From an uncultured Lachnospiraceae bacterium (GTDB lineage: Bacteria > Bacillota > Clostridia > Lachnospirales > Lachnospiraceae): DNA of 64,000 nt. The position numbers and the translations under genes were made by a program. The notes under the pieces were generated by a model. That model had not been told where the DNA came from. It did no database searches and saw only the letters and a program-made list of their open reading frames with translations. The stretch is from positions 28,727 through 92,726 of the forward strand of contig CAYOWU010000004.1 in NCBI GenBank assembly GCA_964407765.1. The letters run 5' to 3'. Below are positions 45,060 through 54,763 of the stretch, piece by piece. How positions within the stretch are numbered: the stretch's first letter is position 1; each line of letters starts with the position of its first letter.

Positions 45060-47603
45060 ATGAAGAAAAACCGGGTTATACATTTTTTAACAGTCAGCAT
45101 CGTTCTTATATTTGTACTGTGTGTTTTTATATTCTCCTTTCTGGCCATTTTCGTGAACCGAAAGGGCGAAAACACCATCAACAATATTGGCACAGCGTAT
45201 ATGTCCAGCATGAGTGAGCAGATTTCCATGCATTTTAAGACGACCATACAGCTGCGGCTGTCCCAGATGCAGGCCCTTGTAGCCACGATTTCCGCCCAGA
45301 AAAATACGGACGAGGAAGCGCTGCGCCAGGCGCTTGTCTATAACGCCCAGGCCCGGGGATTTGAATATCTGGCCCTGTGTTCCGCCGAAGGGGAGTTCGA
45401 GATGATTGACGGCGAGGAGATTCAGGCCACCGATCCGGATCCCTTTTTGCACTCCCTGAGAAATAACGAAGAGAAAGTGGCGGTGGGAACCGACAGGCAT
45501 GGGGACAACCTGGTCCTGCTGGGCGTTGCGGCGGACTATGCCATGGAAAGCGGAGAAAAAAGCATTGCCCTGGTGGGCGGGCTTCCGGTGGACTATATAT
45601 CGGAGACGCTTTCGCTGGATTCGGAAGGGGATCTGGTGCATTCCCATATTATCCGCAAGGACGGCAGCTTCGTAATCCGCAGCTTTGACGCCAGCGAAGA
45701 AACGTATTTTGAACAGATTCGCGCCATGTGGGAGACAGCGGACGTTCCCGAAGCGGAAGAATGCATTCAGAATCTGATGTCTTCCATGGAAAAGGCGGAG
45801 GGATTTTCCGCCATTTTGGAGACAGACGCCCGGGGGCGGCTGCACCTGTTTTGCTCCAGTCTGCCCTATACCGAGTGGTATCTGGTTTCTGTGATGCCTT
45901 ACGGAACGCTGGATGAGCAGGTCAATGACTTAAGCCGCCAGTGGGTTTTGCTTACGCTGGGAGGCTGCGGCGTGATCATGCTGGCGCTGTTTTGGCTATT
46001 TGGCAGATACTATGATTTGACGCGTAAGCAGATTCGGGATCTGGATGATGCCCGTTATGAGGCCATTAAGGCCAATAAGGCCAAGAGTGAATTTTTCTCC
46101 AATATGAGCCATGACATCCGCACGCCCATGAACGCCATTGTGGGGATGACGGCCATCGCCATCGCGAATATTGACAATATACAGCAGGTGAAGCACTGTC
46201 TGCGCAAGATTTCCCTGTCCAGCAAGCACCTGCTGGGCCTGATTAACGATGTGCTGGACATGTCCAAAATCGAGAGCGGGAAGATGGCGCTCAATAAGGA
46301 TCTGGCGTCCCTAAGCGAGATTATGGACAGCATGGTCAGTATCGTGCAGCCGCAGATTAAGGCGAAAAAGCAAAATTTCAACGTGTCTATTTATGATATC
46401 ATCACCGAAAATGTGTGCTGCGACAGCGTGCGTCTGAATCAGGCGCTGCTGAACCTTTTATCCAACGCCATTAAGTTCACGCCGGAAGGGGGAACCATTG
46501 AGTTTTCCATGCGTGAGGAGCCTTCACCCAAAGGGGATGCGTTTGTCCGCGCCCATATTCAGGTGAAAGACAACGGGATCGGCATTGCGCCGGAGTTTAT
46601 GGACAAGATTTTCGAGTCTTTCAGCCGGGAGGACGATAAGCGCGTGCAGCGGACAGAAGGCACGGGCCTTGGCATGGCCATCACCAAGTACATAGTGGAC
46701 TCTATGGGCGGCTCCATCCACGTACAGAGCGAGCTGGGAAAGGGAACGGAGTTCCATGTTGTGCTTGATTTAGAGGCGGCCACGGTGGCGGAAGAGGACA
46801 TGATCTTGCCGCAGTGGAGGATGCTGGTGGTGGACGACGACGAGATGATGTGCCAGGCCACCGTCGCTTCTCTGAAGGAAATCGGCATTGACGCGGACTG
46901 GACGCTGGACGGGGAGTCGGCCATCGAGAAGGTGAAAAAGCGTCACAGCATGCACGACGATTACCAGATCATTTTGCTGGACTGGAAGCTGCCGGGGATT
47001 GACGGCGTGGAGACGGCCAGAAAGATTCGGGAGCATATGTCGGATGTGTCTATACTGCTGATTTCGGCCTATGACTGGAGTGAAATCGAACAGGAGGCCA
47101 GGGACGCAGGCGTCAGCGGATTTATTCCCAAGCCTCTGTTTAAGTCTACGCTGTTCTACGGACTGAAGCCGTTTATGGAGACATCAGAGTCAGAAGAGCC
47201 GGCGGCAAAAGAAGAGGAGCTGGAGCTGAAAGGCCGGCGCGTGCTGGTGGCGGAAGACAACGAACTGAACTGGGAAGTGGCCGAGGAGCTGTTAAGCGAT
47301 CTGGGCCTGGAGCTGGAATGGGCGGAGAACGGCCAGATCTGCGTGGAGAAATTTACGCAGTCAGAAGAAGGCTTTTACGACGCAATTCTGATGGATCTTC
47401 GGATGCCGGTGATGACGGGGCTGGAAGCCACAAAGGCCATTCGGAAGCTGGACAGAGGGGACGCGGACATTCCCATTGTGGCCATGACGGCCGATGCCTT
47501 TGCGGAGGACATTAAGAAATGCTTGGATGCGGGGATGAACGCCCATGTGGCCAAGCCCATCGACATACAGGAGATAGGCCGCCATTTGAAGCATTTTATA
47601 TAA
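45060..47603 (+). CDS. Hybrid sensor histidine kinase with two receiver domains
   Basis: Two TMs, AKSEFFSNMSHDIRTPMNAI HisKA, NLLSNAIKFT / DNGIGI / GTGLG HATPase, two REC domains. Confidence 0.95.
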   Translation: MKKNRVIHFLTVSIVLIFVLCVFIFSFLAIFVNRKGENTINNIGTAYMSSMSEQISMHFKTTIQLRLSQMQALVATISAQKNTDEEALRQALVYNAQARGFEYLALCSAEGEFEMIDGEEIQATDPDPFLHSLRNNEEKVAVGTDRHGDNLVLLGVAADYAMESGEKSIALVGGLPVDYISETLSLDSEGDLVHSHIIRKDGSFVIRSFDASEETYFEQIRAMWETADVPEAEECIQNLMSSMEKAEGFSAILETDARGRLHLFCSSLPYTEWYLVSVMPYGTLDEQVNDLSRQWVLLTLGGCGVIMLALFWLFGRYYDLTRKQIRDLDDARYEAIKANKAKSEFFSNMSHDIRTPMNAIVGMTAIAIANIDNIQQVKHCLRKISLSSKHLLGLINDVLDMSKIESGKMALNKDLASLSEIMDSMVSIVQPQIKAKKQNFNVSIYDIITENVCCDSVRLNQALLNLLSNAIKFTPEGGTIEFSMREEPSPKGDAFVRAHIQVKDNGIGIAPEFMDKIFESFSREDDKRVQRTEGTGLGMAITKYIVDSMGGSIHVQSELGKGTEFHVVLDLEAATVAEEDMILPQWRMLVVDDDEMMCQATVASLKEIGIDADWTLDGESAIEKVKKRHSMHDDYQIILLDWKLPGIDGVETARKIREHMSDVSILLISAYDWSEIEQEARDAGVSGFIPKPLFKSTLFYGLKPFMETSESEEPAAKEEELELKGRRVLVAEDNELNWEVAEELLSDLGLELEWAENGQICVEKFTQSEEGFYDAILMDLRMPVMTGLEATKAIRKLDRGDADIPIVAMTADAFAEDIKKCLDAGMNAHVAKPIDIQEIGRHLKHFI

Positions 47604-47608
47604 GATAA

Positions 47609-47652
47609 AAAAATGCGGACGAAGAAATTTTTGGTTTCTTTGTCCGCATTTT
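47609..47652. terminator. Bidirectional terminator between convergent genes
   Basis: AAAATGCGGAC-GAAGAAA / TTTCTTT-GTCCGCATTTT. Confidence 0.8.
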
Positions 47653-47668
47653 GTCTTTTCGTATGCAG

Positions 47669-48625
47669 TTAATTGGCCTTTTGCGGATCCGCCGGACGTT
47701 CCCGCCATTGCTCTTTGTTTTCGTAGGACCAGACGACCATATTCCGACCGTATCTTTTGGCGTCGTAGAGCATAGCGTCCGCCAGCTGTGCGTAGGAATC
47801 GTATGTATTTTCCATCTTGGGCGTTAAGGTGATGCCGCCGATGCTGATCGTAACCCATTTGGCCACCAGAGGGTTTTGGGGAATGTGGAGATTCTCCACG
47901 GACTGGCGGATTTTTTTCATAAAATTATAGGAAGACTGCGCGTCATTCTCCATCAGCAGCGCCACAAACTCTTCACCGCCGTAACGCGCCAGAAAATCTG
48001 TGGCGCGGTGCAGCTGGGACGCAATCGTCTGCGCCACGGATGCCAACACCTTGTCGCCTGCCGCATGGCCATAGGTGTCGTTATACAGTTTGAAATTGTC
48101 CACATCAATCATGCAGATAGTGAACGGCAGCTGCAGCCGGATGGCCTCCCGCCATTTGATGCGGCTGGTCTTGTTATAGTTCCTCCGGTTGGGAATGCCC
48201 GTCAGATCATCCACCAGCGCCTGCTGTCGGAATTTCATCTGGTACTGGTACAGCTTCACATGGGTGCGAACCCTCGCCTTTACGATCATCGGATTGAAAG
48301 GTTTCGTAATATAGTCCACCGCTCCCATGGAAAGGCCTTTCTCCTCGTGCTGGGCGTCCGAAAGGCTGGTGATCATAATGACCGGTATAAATTTGGTCAG
48401 AACTGTGGCCTGCAGTTCCTTCAGAACGTTAAATCCGTCCAAATCCGGCATAATGATGTCCAGAAGAATCAGAGAAAAATTACCGGTCTTTGCATTGCGA
48501 AGCCCGTTTTGAGCTGTTTGGCAAATTGTTATATCGTATTCATCTTCCAGAATGGCTTTGAGCGCTTCTGTTTGTAAATGACTGTCGTCAATGATTAAAA
48601 TACTTGTTTTATTATTCTTTTTCAT
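47669..48625 (-). CDS. REC-GGDEF diguanylate cyclase (PleD/WspR-like)
   Basis: N-terminal REC (ILIIDDS, LILLDIIMP), DDLTGIPNRR, DVDNFKLYND and intact RYGGEEF. Confidence 0.92.
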   Translation of the reverse strand: MKKNNKTSILIIDDSHLQTEALKAILEDEYDITICQTAQNGLRNAKTGNFSLILLDIIMPDLDGFNVLKELQATVLTKFIPVIMITSLSDAQHEEKGLSMGAVDYITKPFNPMIVKARVRTHVKLYQYQMKFRQQALVDDLTGIPNRRNYNKTSRIKWREAIRLQLPFTICMIDVDNFKLYNDTYGHAAGDKVLASVAQTIASQLHRATDFLARYGGEEFVALLMENDAQSSYNFMKKIRQSVENLHIPQNPLVAKWVTISIGGITLTPKMENTYDSYAQLADAMLYDAKRYGRNMVVWSYENKEQWRERPADPQKAN

Positions 48626-48824
48626 AGGCATACTCCGCTGTGTATTTGATAAACGGCATGTCAGACATGCGCCGGCGCTGTTTTGCGTAAACATTGTAGA
48701 TCGCTGACCTTCCAATCAGGGCACAGCATAAGATTTCTAATATATCAAGTATAAATGTAATTCCATATAAAATCAATCTTTTTTTAAATAGATTCCCAAA
48801 CCGAAAAAAATTTAAAAAAAGGTG

Positions 48825-48853
48825 TTGACATATAGAGGAAGCTGTAGTATAGT
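48825..48853 (+). promoter_or_regulatory. Strong SigA promoter of tRNA-Gly
   Basis: TTGACA-17 bp-TATAGT with an A/T-rich UP element. Confidence 0.85.
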
Positions 48854-48886
48854 AATATTGTCGAAAGCGAGTCGACAACAATATAT

Positions 48887-48959
48887 GCGTGAATGGCTCA
48901 GTTGGTAGAGTACGACCTTGCCAAGGTCGGGGTCGCGGGTTCGAGTCCCGTTTCACGCT
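48887..48959 (+). tRNA. tRNA-Gly (GCC)
   Basis: GCGTGAA/TTCACGC acceptor stem, TGGCTCAGTTGGTAGAG D-arm, GACCTTGCCAAGGTC anticodon arm, GGTTCGAGTCC T-arm; CCA not encoded. Confidence 0.97.
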
Positions 48960-48968
48960 GGATAGGAG

Positions 48969-49005
48969 ACCGGAAGCCTCTAGGAAAGAAGCTTCCGGTT
49001 TTTTT
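48969..49005 (+). terminator. Terminator after tRNA-Gly
   Basis: ACCGGAAGC / GCTTCCGGT followed by a T-run. Confidence 0.8.
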
Positions 49006-49085
49006 GTTCCGGAATATCTCCGGAAACTGTTTACCATACCGGGAAACTGGAGTATCATTATAGGAAAAATATTTGGAGGAAGATC

Positions 49086-50291
49086 ATGGATAAAAAAATG
49101 CAATATAACGAGAACCATACGCCGGCCTACGTGTTTGATCTGGACCGCCTGAAAGACCGGGTGGCCGCCGTCCGGGCGGGAATTACCAGGCCGGACGTTA
49201 AGATTTGCTTCTCGGTGAGGGCGAATCCCTTTCTGACGGAAGCGCTGAAAGACCAGGCGGATTTTTTTGAAATCTGCTCGCCGGGGGAATTTCATGTCTG
49301 TGAGCAGGGGAAAATCCCCATGGAAAACGTGGTCGTGTCCGGCGTTTCCAAAACGATGTTGGACGTGGCGCGTTTTATCGGGGAGCACGAGGGTAAGAGC
49401 GTGTTTACGGCGGAGTCGCTCGGACAGCTGCAGACGCTGAATTTCTGCGCACGTATGCAAAAAAAGACCATACGCGCCCTGCTGCGCCTCACCAGCGGGA
49501 ATCAGTTCGGCATGGAAGCCCAGGAGCTGAAGCAGTGCATTTCTCAGCAAGAGCAGTATGAAAATCTGGACATTCTGGGAATCCAGTTTTATTCCGATTC
49601 CCAGAAAAAAGGGCTGTCGCAAATCGAAGAGGAGTTAAAGGCGCTGGATGATTTCTGTGAAAATCTCAAAAAAGAGTGCGGCTTTGCGGCAAAAACGCTG
49701 GAGTACGGGCCGGGGCTGGGTGTGCCCTATTTTGAGGAGGACGAGGAGGAAGACTTTGAGAAAACCATGAAGGAGCTGGACGGGCTTTTAAACGCCCTAC
49801 GGTTTTCCGGGACGGTGGTTCTGGAGATGGGGCGTTTTCTGACGGCTTACTGCGGGTCTTACTATACGTCTGTGGTGGATCTAAAAAGCAGCGGCGGGAA
49901 AAATTACTGCATTGTGGACGGTGGCTCCCATCATTTGCATTATTACGGACAGGAGACGAAAACGCGCACGCCGCATTTCACCCATCTGCCCCAGAGCCTG
50001 GGCGGGGAGCAAAAGGAAAAGCTGTGGGATGTCTGCGGAGTTTTGTCCACGCCTTCGGACGTTCTGGCGCGCCAGACGCCGCTTTTGAATCCCAGCCCGG
50101 GGGATCTGATGATTTTTGAGCGGGTCGGCGCCTATTCTGTGACGGAAGGGGTCAGCCTGTTCTGCAGCCAGGATTTGCCGGAGGTGCATTTCTTTTCACA
50201 GGAAATGGGGATGGAACAGGTGCGGGAGCGCCAGGGAACCTGCCTGTTAAATATGAGAGCAGAGGAAGAAGAAGCCGATGCCGGAGATTGA
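49086..50291 (+). CDS. Diaminopimelate/ornithine decarboxylase-like (fold III) protein with substituted catalytic residues
   Basis: TPAYVFD, EICSPGE, LLRLTSGNQFG, EMGRF, VDGG and VGAYS motifs; FSVRANP in place of YAxKANP and GVLST in place of GxLC. Confidence 0.8.
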   Translation: MDKKMQYNENHTPAYVFDLDRLKDRVAAVRAGITRPDVKICFSVRANPFLTEALKDQADFFEICSPGEFHVCEQGKIPMENVVVSGVSKTMLDVARFIGEHEGKSVFTAESLGQLQTLNFCARMQKKTIRALLRLTSGNQFGMEAQELKQCISQQEQYENLDILGIQFYSDSQKKGLSQIEEELKALDDFCENLKKECGFAAKTLEYGPGLGVPYFEEDEEEDFEKTMKELDGLLNALRFSGTVVLEMGRFLTAYCGSYYTSVVDLKSSGGKNYCIVDGGSHHLHYYGQETKTRTPHFTHLPQSLGGEQKEKLWDVCGVLSTPSDVLARQTPLLNPSPGDLMIFERVGAYSVTEGVSLFCSQDLPEVHFFSQEMGMEQVRERQGTCLLNMRAEEEEADAGD

Positions 50292-51168
50292 CGCTCTGCC
50301 CGGCGAAGGACAAAGGAAATTAAAGGGGATTGTCTGCATCATTGTCTCCGCGTTTTGCTTTGCGCTTATGAATCTGTTCGTGCGCCTTTCCGGGGAACTG
50401 CCTTCGCTGCAGAAAAGCTTTTTTCGGAACCTGGTGGCCTTTTTCTTCGCTTTGGCGGTGATGAAAAGGGAGCGGATTCAATTTTCCCAGGCTCGGTCAA
50501 ATATGATGCCGCTGATATTGCGGTCCGTGTTCGGGACGGCGGGGATTTTGGGGAACTTTTACGCGGTGGATCATCTGGCGCTGGCGGACGCCTCCATGTT
50601 AAATAAGATGTCCCCGTTTTTTGCCATCGTGTTCAGTTACTTTATATTGAAAGAGAAGGTGCGGCCCTTTCAGGGCTTTGCCGTGGCCGTGGCCTTTTTG
50701 GGGAGCCTGCTGATTATTAAGCCCACGGTGGCGGGCATGGATGTGTTTCCGGCGGTTTTGGGATTCCTGGGCGGCATGTGCGCCGGGGCCGCCTATACCA
50801 TGGTGCGCTACCTGTCGGAGCGGGGCGCGAAAGGGCCGTTAATCGTCTGTTTTTTCTCCGGGTTTTCCTGCCTGGCCACGCTGCCGTTCCTTATTTTCGG
50901 CTTCCATCCCATGACCGGGCGGCAGCTTTTGATTCTTTTGCTGGCGGGCTTAAGTGCGGCGGGAGGACAGTTTTCCATTACGGCCGCCTACAGCTACGCG
51001 CCGGCCAGGGAGATTTCCGTTTACGATTATTCCCAGATTATCTTTTCTGCGGGGCTGGGGTATTTCGTGTTTGGGCAGATTCCCGACTGGATGAGCTGGC
51101 TGGGGTATTTGATTATCTGCTCCATGGCCGTGGCCGTATTTTTCTACAACAATCGGAGAGAAAGGTGA
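50278..51168 (+). CDS. DMT/EamA family transporter
   Basis: Ten TMs, two EamA repeats, FAIVFSYFILKEKV motif. Confidence 0.9.
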   Translation: MPEIDALPGEGQRKLKGIVCIIVSAFCFALMNLFVRLSGELPSLQKSFFRNLVAFFFALAVMKRERIQFSQARSNMMPLILRSVFGTAGILGNFYAVDHLALADASMLNKMSPFFAIVFSYFILKEKVRPFQGFAVAVAFLGSLLIIKPTVAGMDVFPAVLGFLGGMCAGAAYTMVRYLSERGAKGPLIVCFFSGFSCLATLPFLIFGFHPMTGRQLLILLLAGLSAAGGQFSITAAYSYAPAREISVYDYSQIIFSAGLGYFVFGQIPDWMSWLGYLIICSMAVAVFFYNNRRER

Positions 51169-51173
51169 TAAAA

Positions 51174-52103
51174 GTGCAAAAAAAGACAACGCAGCTTCAG
51201 TCGGCAGTGGATGGGCTGCCGCTATCCGTCCTGGAAATTTATCCGGACGAAAAACCCTGGTGTCTGGTGCAGATTATTCACGGCATGTGCGAACACAAAG
51301 AGCGGTACGAGCCTTTGATGGAATTTTTCGCCCGGCGGGGCATAGCCTGCGCGATCCACGACCATCGGGGGCATGGCAAAAGCGTCTGTCGGGAAAAAGA
51401 GGATCTGGGCTATATGTACGGCGGCGGCGCGGACGCGCTGGTTGCGGACGCCCGTCTGGTGACGGCCTATCTGCGCCGGAAATGGGGAAAAGAGCCGCCT
51501 TTGGCGCTGGTGGGGCACAGCATGGGCAGTCTGGTCACACGCTGTTACCTCAAAAAATACGACTGCCTGGCGGATGCGGTGATTCTGTGCGGCTCCCCCA
51601 GCCGGAATCCTTTTTTAAAACTGGGCCAAATGATCGTGGGGCTGGAAGCCAGACTTCTGGGGCCGCGCCATAAGAGCCTTCTGATGCAGGCGCTGACCTT
51701 CGGCCCCTGGGCCGCCAGGTTTTCGGAGGAAAAAAGCGCGTACGCCTGGATCTGCACGGATCCGGCAGTGGTAAATGAATACGAAGCCTCCGGCCTCTGT
51801 GGATTTCCCTTCACCGTGGACGGCTACCGCGCCCTGCTGCAGCTGATGGGCGAGACTTACTCCGACCGGGGCTGGCGCTGCAAAAACCCGGATCTTCCGA
51901 TTCTGTTCATCAGCGGCGGAGACGACCCGTGCATGGGAAACGTGCGTAAATTCAAACAGGCGCTGGACGCTATGCGGCTGGCCGGATACCGGAATGTGCG
52001 CGGGAAAATTTACCCGAATCTTCGGCATGAGCTGTTCAATGAACCCCAAAAAGAGAAAATTTATAGAAACTGCTATTGTTTTATCCGTGAAAAGTTAGTA
52101 TAA
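51174..52103 (+). CDS. Alpha/beta hydrolase (lysophospholipase-like)
   Basis: QIIHGMCEHKERY, HDHRGHGKS, GHSMG nucleophile elbow, GGDDP and RHELFNE; GTG start inferred. Confidence 0.9.
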   Translation: MQKKTTQLQSAVDGLPLSVLEIYPDEKPWCLVQIIHGMCEHKERYEPLMEFFARRGIACAIHDHRGHGKSVCREKEDLGYMYGGGADALVADARLVTAYLRRKWGKEPPLALVGHSMGSLVTRCYLKKYDCLADAVILCGSPSRNPFLKLGQMIVGLEARLLGPRHKSLLMQALTFGPWAARFSEEKSAYAWICTDPAVVNEYEASGLCGFPFTVDGYRALLQLMGETYSDRGWRCKNPDLPILFISGGDDPCMGNVRKFKQALDAMRLAGYRNVRGKIYPNLRHELFNEPQKEKIYRNCYCFIREKLV

Positions 52104-52150
52104 TACATATATTACAGTGGCAAGTTCATACAGAAAGAAGGGAATAGCAT

Positions 52151-53917
52151 ATGTTTAATAAGCGGGTGGGCACCCTGTTAGCGTTGGTTCTTGTAAGTTC
52201 CATGGCATTGTCGGGGCCGGCGGCGGTTATGGCTGCTTCCGGAAACAGCGGGGGAACCAGCCAGACGGAGACTAGACAAGGTAAGGATGAAAAAGAGGAT
52301 GTGAAAGAGAAGGATGACGGCGTAAGCGCGGACGCCGGAAAAGATAAGAAGGCGAAAGCTAAGAAAAATAAGAAAAGTATAAGCAAAAACAGTGTATCTG
52401 CAGAACCGACGGATTCAGAATTTGCGGATGGGGCAATAGAAGAGAATCTGCCGCGCGCTGCAAAGGCAAAAGAGGAGAAGGAATCCGGAGTCTCCACTGT
52501 GTCGGAATCGGATTCGGGTTCGGAAAAAGAGCCGGACAAAGGGTATGTTTTTGAGCAGGGCAGCCTAATCATCAGCGGCAATATAGCCCTGGAGCTTCCC
52601 AACAAAGACATTTCCGGAAATGTTCAGAATGTTCGCGTGGTAAGCGAAAAGGGGGCAAGTCTGTCGCTGAATGGCGCGGCGCTGCAGTCCTTGGAGGTAG
52701 CAAGCGGCGCAGGCCCGGTTCAGATTCATTTGAAAGGCCAGAATGATTTAACCGATATTTTAATCAACAACACTGAGCAGGTGACCATCGACGGCCCGGG
52801 AATCCTCATCGCAAACAAGGTGACAGCCGGCAATTTTTCCGCTTTGGCGGTTATCAGCGGGGGAAATATTCAGACTGTATTCGCTTTGCAGCCTGTAAAC
52901 GGCCAAAAAGCTCCGGTGTATCCGATATCCGTGAATAATTTGACAGGGAATACTCTTTATGAAATTAAGAGTCTGAAAGTGGGAACGGAGAATTATTCGT
53001 ACGGCAGCGGGATACAGGCAGACGGGAACGGAAAAGCAGTTCTGTATCTGCCGGCGGGCGAGGCGCAGGTTTCCTTAAATGACATCGGTTATAAAGGAAC
53101 CGTGAGTAGCGATGGAAGCGGAGAGCTGGTGAGGGATGAGCCCACACCTTCGAATCCTACAAATTCACCGTCTCCGCCAGCCACAAATACGCCAACCCAA
53201 GAGCCTTCAAATCCAACGAGGCCGCCGGTTACGGTTAGCCCGACGCCTACGAAAGAACCTGAAGAACCGTCAGACATAGCGAAGACGTCAAACAATAAAA
53301 TATTCTGGATTAATCCCGGAGCCACTTACCGTTCTGGGGCGAACCTGCAGTTCTATGCCACGGGCGCCGGCTATAATCCGGAAGAGCCCCAGCAGTTAAA
53401 TCCAGTGAAAGGTTCCACCAGGTATGTGCCGGTCAGCTGGAGCGTTGCAGGCGATAATAACCAAAGCGCCGCCAGCGGCAAATGGAAAGCGAAAGACAGA
53501 GAATTTGCGGGAGGCGGAACTTCTTCCAGCAATGGCCAGTATGTACCGGCGGAATACAGGTTTAAAGGTTCTTTCGTGATCAGCACAAACCAGGCTTCGT
53601 CGGTGCCCTATACATTGAGGGTGGATTTCCAGCAGCAAAAGTACAATGGCAGAAAATGGCAGAAGACAAATGGCGCAGTGAATACCCAAAGCGTAAGTTT
53701 CTATATCCGAAACGTAAATCTAGGAACAGTATCGCCGACGCCCCGGAGCACATATTACTCCAACCGTTTGACATCCACTGCCACGAGAAGAGACGTCAGC
53801 TCCAACGCGCGGAATGCGCGAACCAGCGACGACACGCCAATCGGAACCATGATATTCCTGATGTTTGCCGCAGCGGGAAGCGGAGCGGTTATATTCAGAA
53901 GAAAGAACCGGTCCTAA
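52151..53917 (+). CDS. Secreted, probably sortase-anchored surface protein with a Pro/Thr linker
   Basis: Signal peptide, charged low-complexity region, beta-rich domains, PTPSNPTNSPSPP linker, C-terminal RTSDDTP + hydrophobic helix + RRKNR. Confidence 0.75.
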   Translation: MFNKRVGTLLALVLVSSMALSGPAAVMAASGNSGGTSQTETRQGKDEKEDVKEKDDGVSADAGKDKKAKAKKNKKSISKNSVSAEPTDSEFADGAIEENLPRAAKAKEEKESGVSTVSESDSGSEKEPDKGYVFEQGSLIISGNIALELPNKDISGNVQNVRVVSEKGASLSLNGAALQSLEVASGAGPVQIHLKGQNDLTDILINNTEQVTIDGPGILIANKVTAGNFSALAVISGGNIQTVFALQPVNGQKAPVYPISVNNLTGNTLYEIKSLKVGTENYSYGSGIQADGNGKAVLYLPAGEAQVSLNDIGYKGTVSSDGSGELVRDEPTPSNPTNSPSPPATNTPTQEPSNPTRPPVTVSPTPTKEPEEPSDIAKTSNNKIFWINPGATYRSGANLQFYATGAGYNPEEPQQLNPVKGSTRYVPVSWSVAGDNNQSAASGKWKAKDREFAGGGTSSSNGQYVPAEYRFKGSFVISTNQASSVPYTLRVDFQQQKYNGRKWQKTNGAVNTQSVSFYIRNVNLGTVSPTPRSTYYSNRLTSTATRRDVSSNARNARTSDDTPIGTMIFLMFAAAGSGAVIFRRKNRS

Positions 53918-53946
53918 TGGAGTGTAAAAATACATAAGAATAGAAA

Positions 53947-53978
53947 AAAGCGGATACCTGGTTGTGGGTATCCGTTTT
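53947..53978 (+). terminator. Terminator
   Basis: AAAGCGGATACC / GGTATCCGTTTT. Confidence 0.75.
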
Positions 53979-54010
53979 AAAATGCATTTCTACAGAGAGG
54001 GGATAAGAGG

Positions 54011-54646
54011 ATGAAGACAGTTTTGTGCTATGGAGATTCCAATACATATGGCTATAACCCGTTAAATGGCCTGCGCTACCCGGAGAATATCCGCTGGACG
54101 GGCCGGATGCAGACCTTGCTGGGCGTGGATTTCCGGGTGATTGAGGAGGGCTGCAACGGACGGACAACCATATTTGATGACCCGCTGGAAGGCTGGAAGA
54201 ACGGGCTTGACTATCTGCGCCCATGTCTCAACTCCCATAAGCCGGTGGACATTGCAATCCTGATGCTGGGAACCAATGACTTAAAAGAGGCGTTTCACGC
54301 AAGCGCAGAAAAGATTGCAGGCGGCGCGGCGCTTTTGGTGGATACAATCCAGGATTTTACTGTGGAAAAGCAGGGATTTGCGCCGCGGATTATTCTGGTT
54401 TCTCCGCCGGAGATCGGCGAGGGGATTTGCTCGTCCTCCTTTGCCGGGATTTTTGGGGCGAGCGCCATCAGCCGGTCGAAAGAATTTCCAAAGCTTTATG
54501 AGAGGGTGGCTAAAGAATACGGCTGTGAGTTTTTAAACGCGGCAGCGCATATCCGGCCTTCTGCAAAGGATTCCCTTCATTTGTCGCCCAGGGCCCATGA
54601 GCGGCTGGCGGAGGAATTGTGTAAGAAGGTGAAGACGTTGTTATAG
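54011..54646 (+). CDS. SGNH/GDSL hydrolase
   Basis: CYGDSNTYG, EEGCNGRTT, MLGTNDLK and DSLHL blocks. Confidence 0.93.
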   Translation: MKTVLCYGDSNTYGYNPLNGLRYPENIRWTGRMQTLLGVDFRVIEEGCNGRTTIFDDPLEGWKNGLDYLRPCLNSHKPVDIAILMLGTNDLKEAFHASAEKIAGGAALLVDTIQDFTVEKQGFAPRIILVSPPEIGEGICSSSFAGIFGASAISRSKEFPKLYERVAKEYGCEFLNAAAHIRPSAKDSLHLSPRAHERLAEELCKKVKTLL

Positions 54647-54763
54647 AGAGAACATGGCAAATGCATGAATCGTTTTTGGCTTATTGCCAAAGGCGCAAGG
54701 GTATGATAATATACAACATATATTTTGCGCTTAATAGATTTTACAAAAGGCGGAGGAAAATCC

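Noticed and set aside
48859-48865. TGTCGAA Spo0A box after the tRNA promoter, and TTCGACA at 23539
   Set aside because: Single 7-mers; the first is one arm of a small TTGTCGA/TCGACAA leader hairpin. No supporting context.
48887-48959. tRNA-Gly as an integration site of an island
   Set aside because: No duplicated tRNA 3' end and no integrase were found in the window.
54657-54670. CAAATGCATGAAT resembling the outer IR at 44724
   Set aside because: Short match with no partner inverted repeat; chance is plausible.
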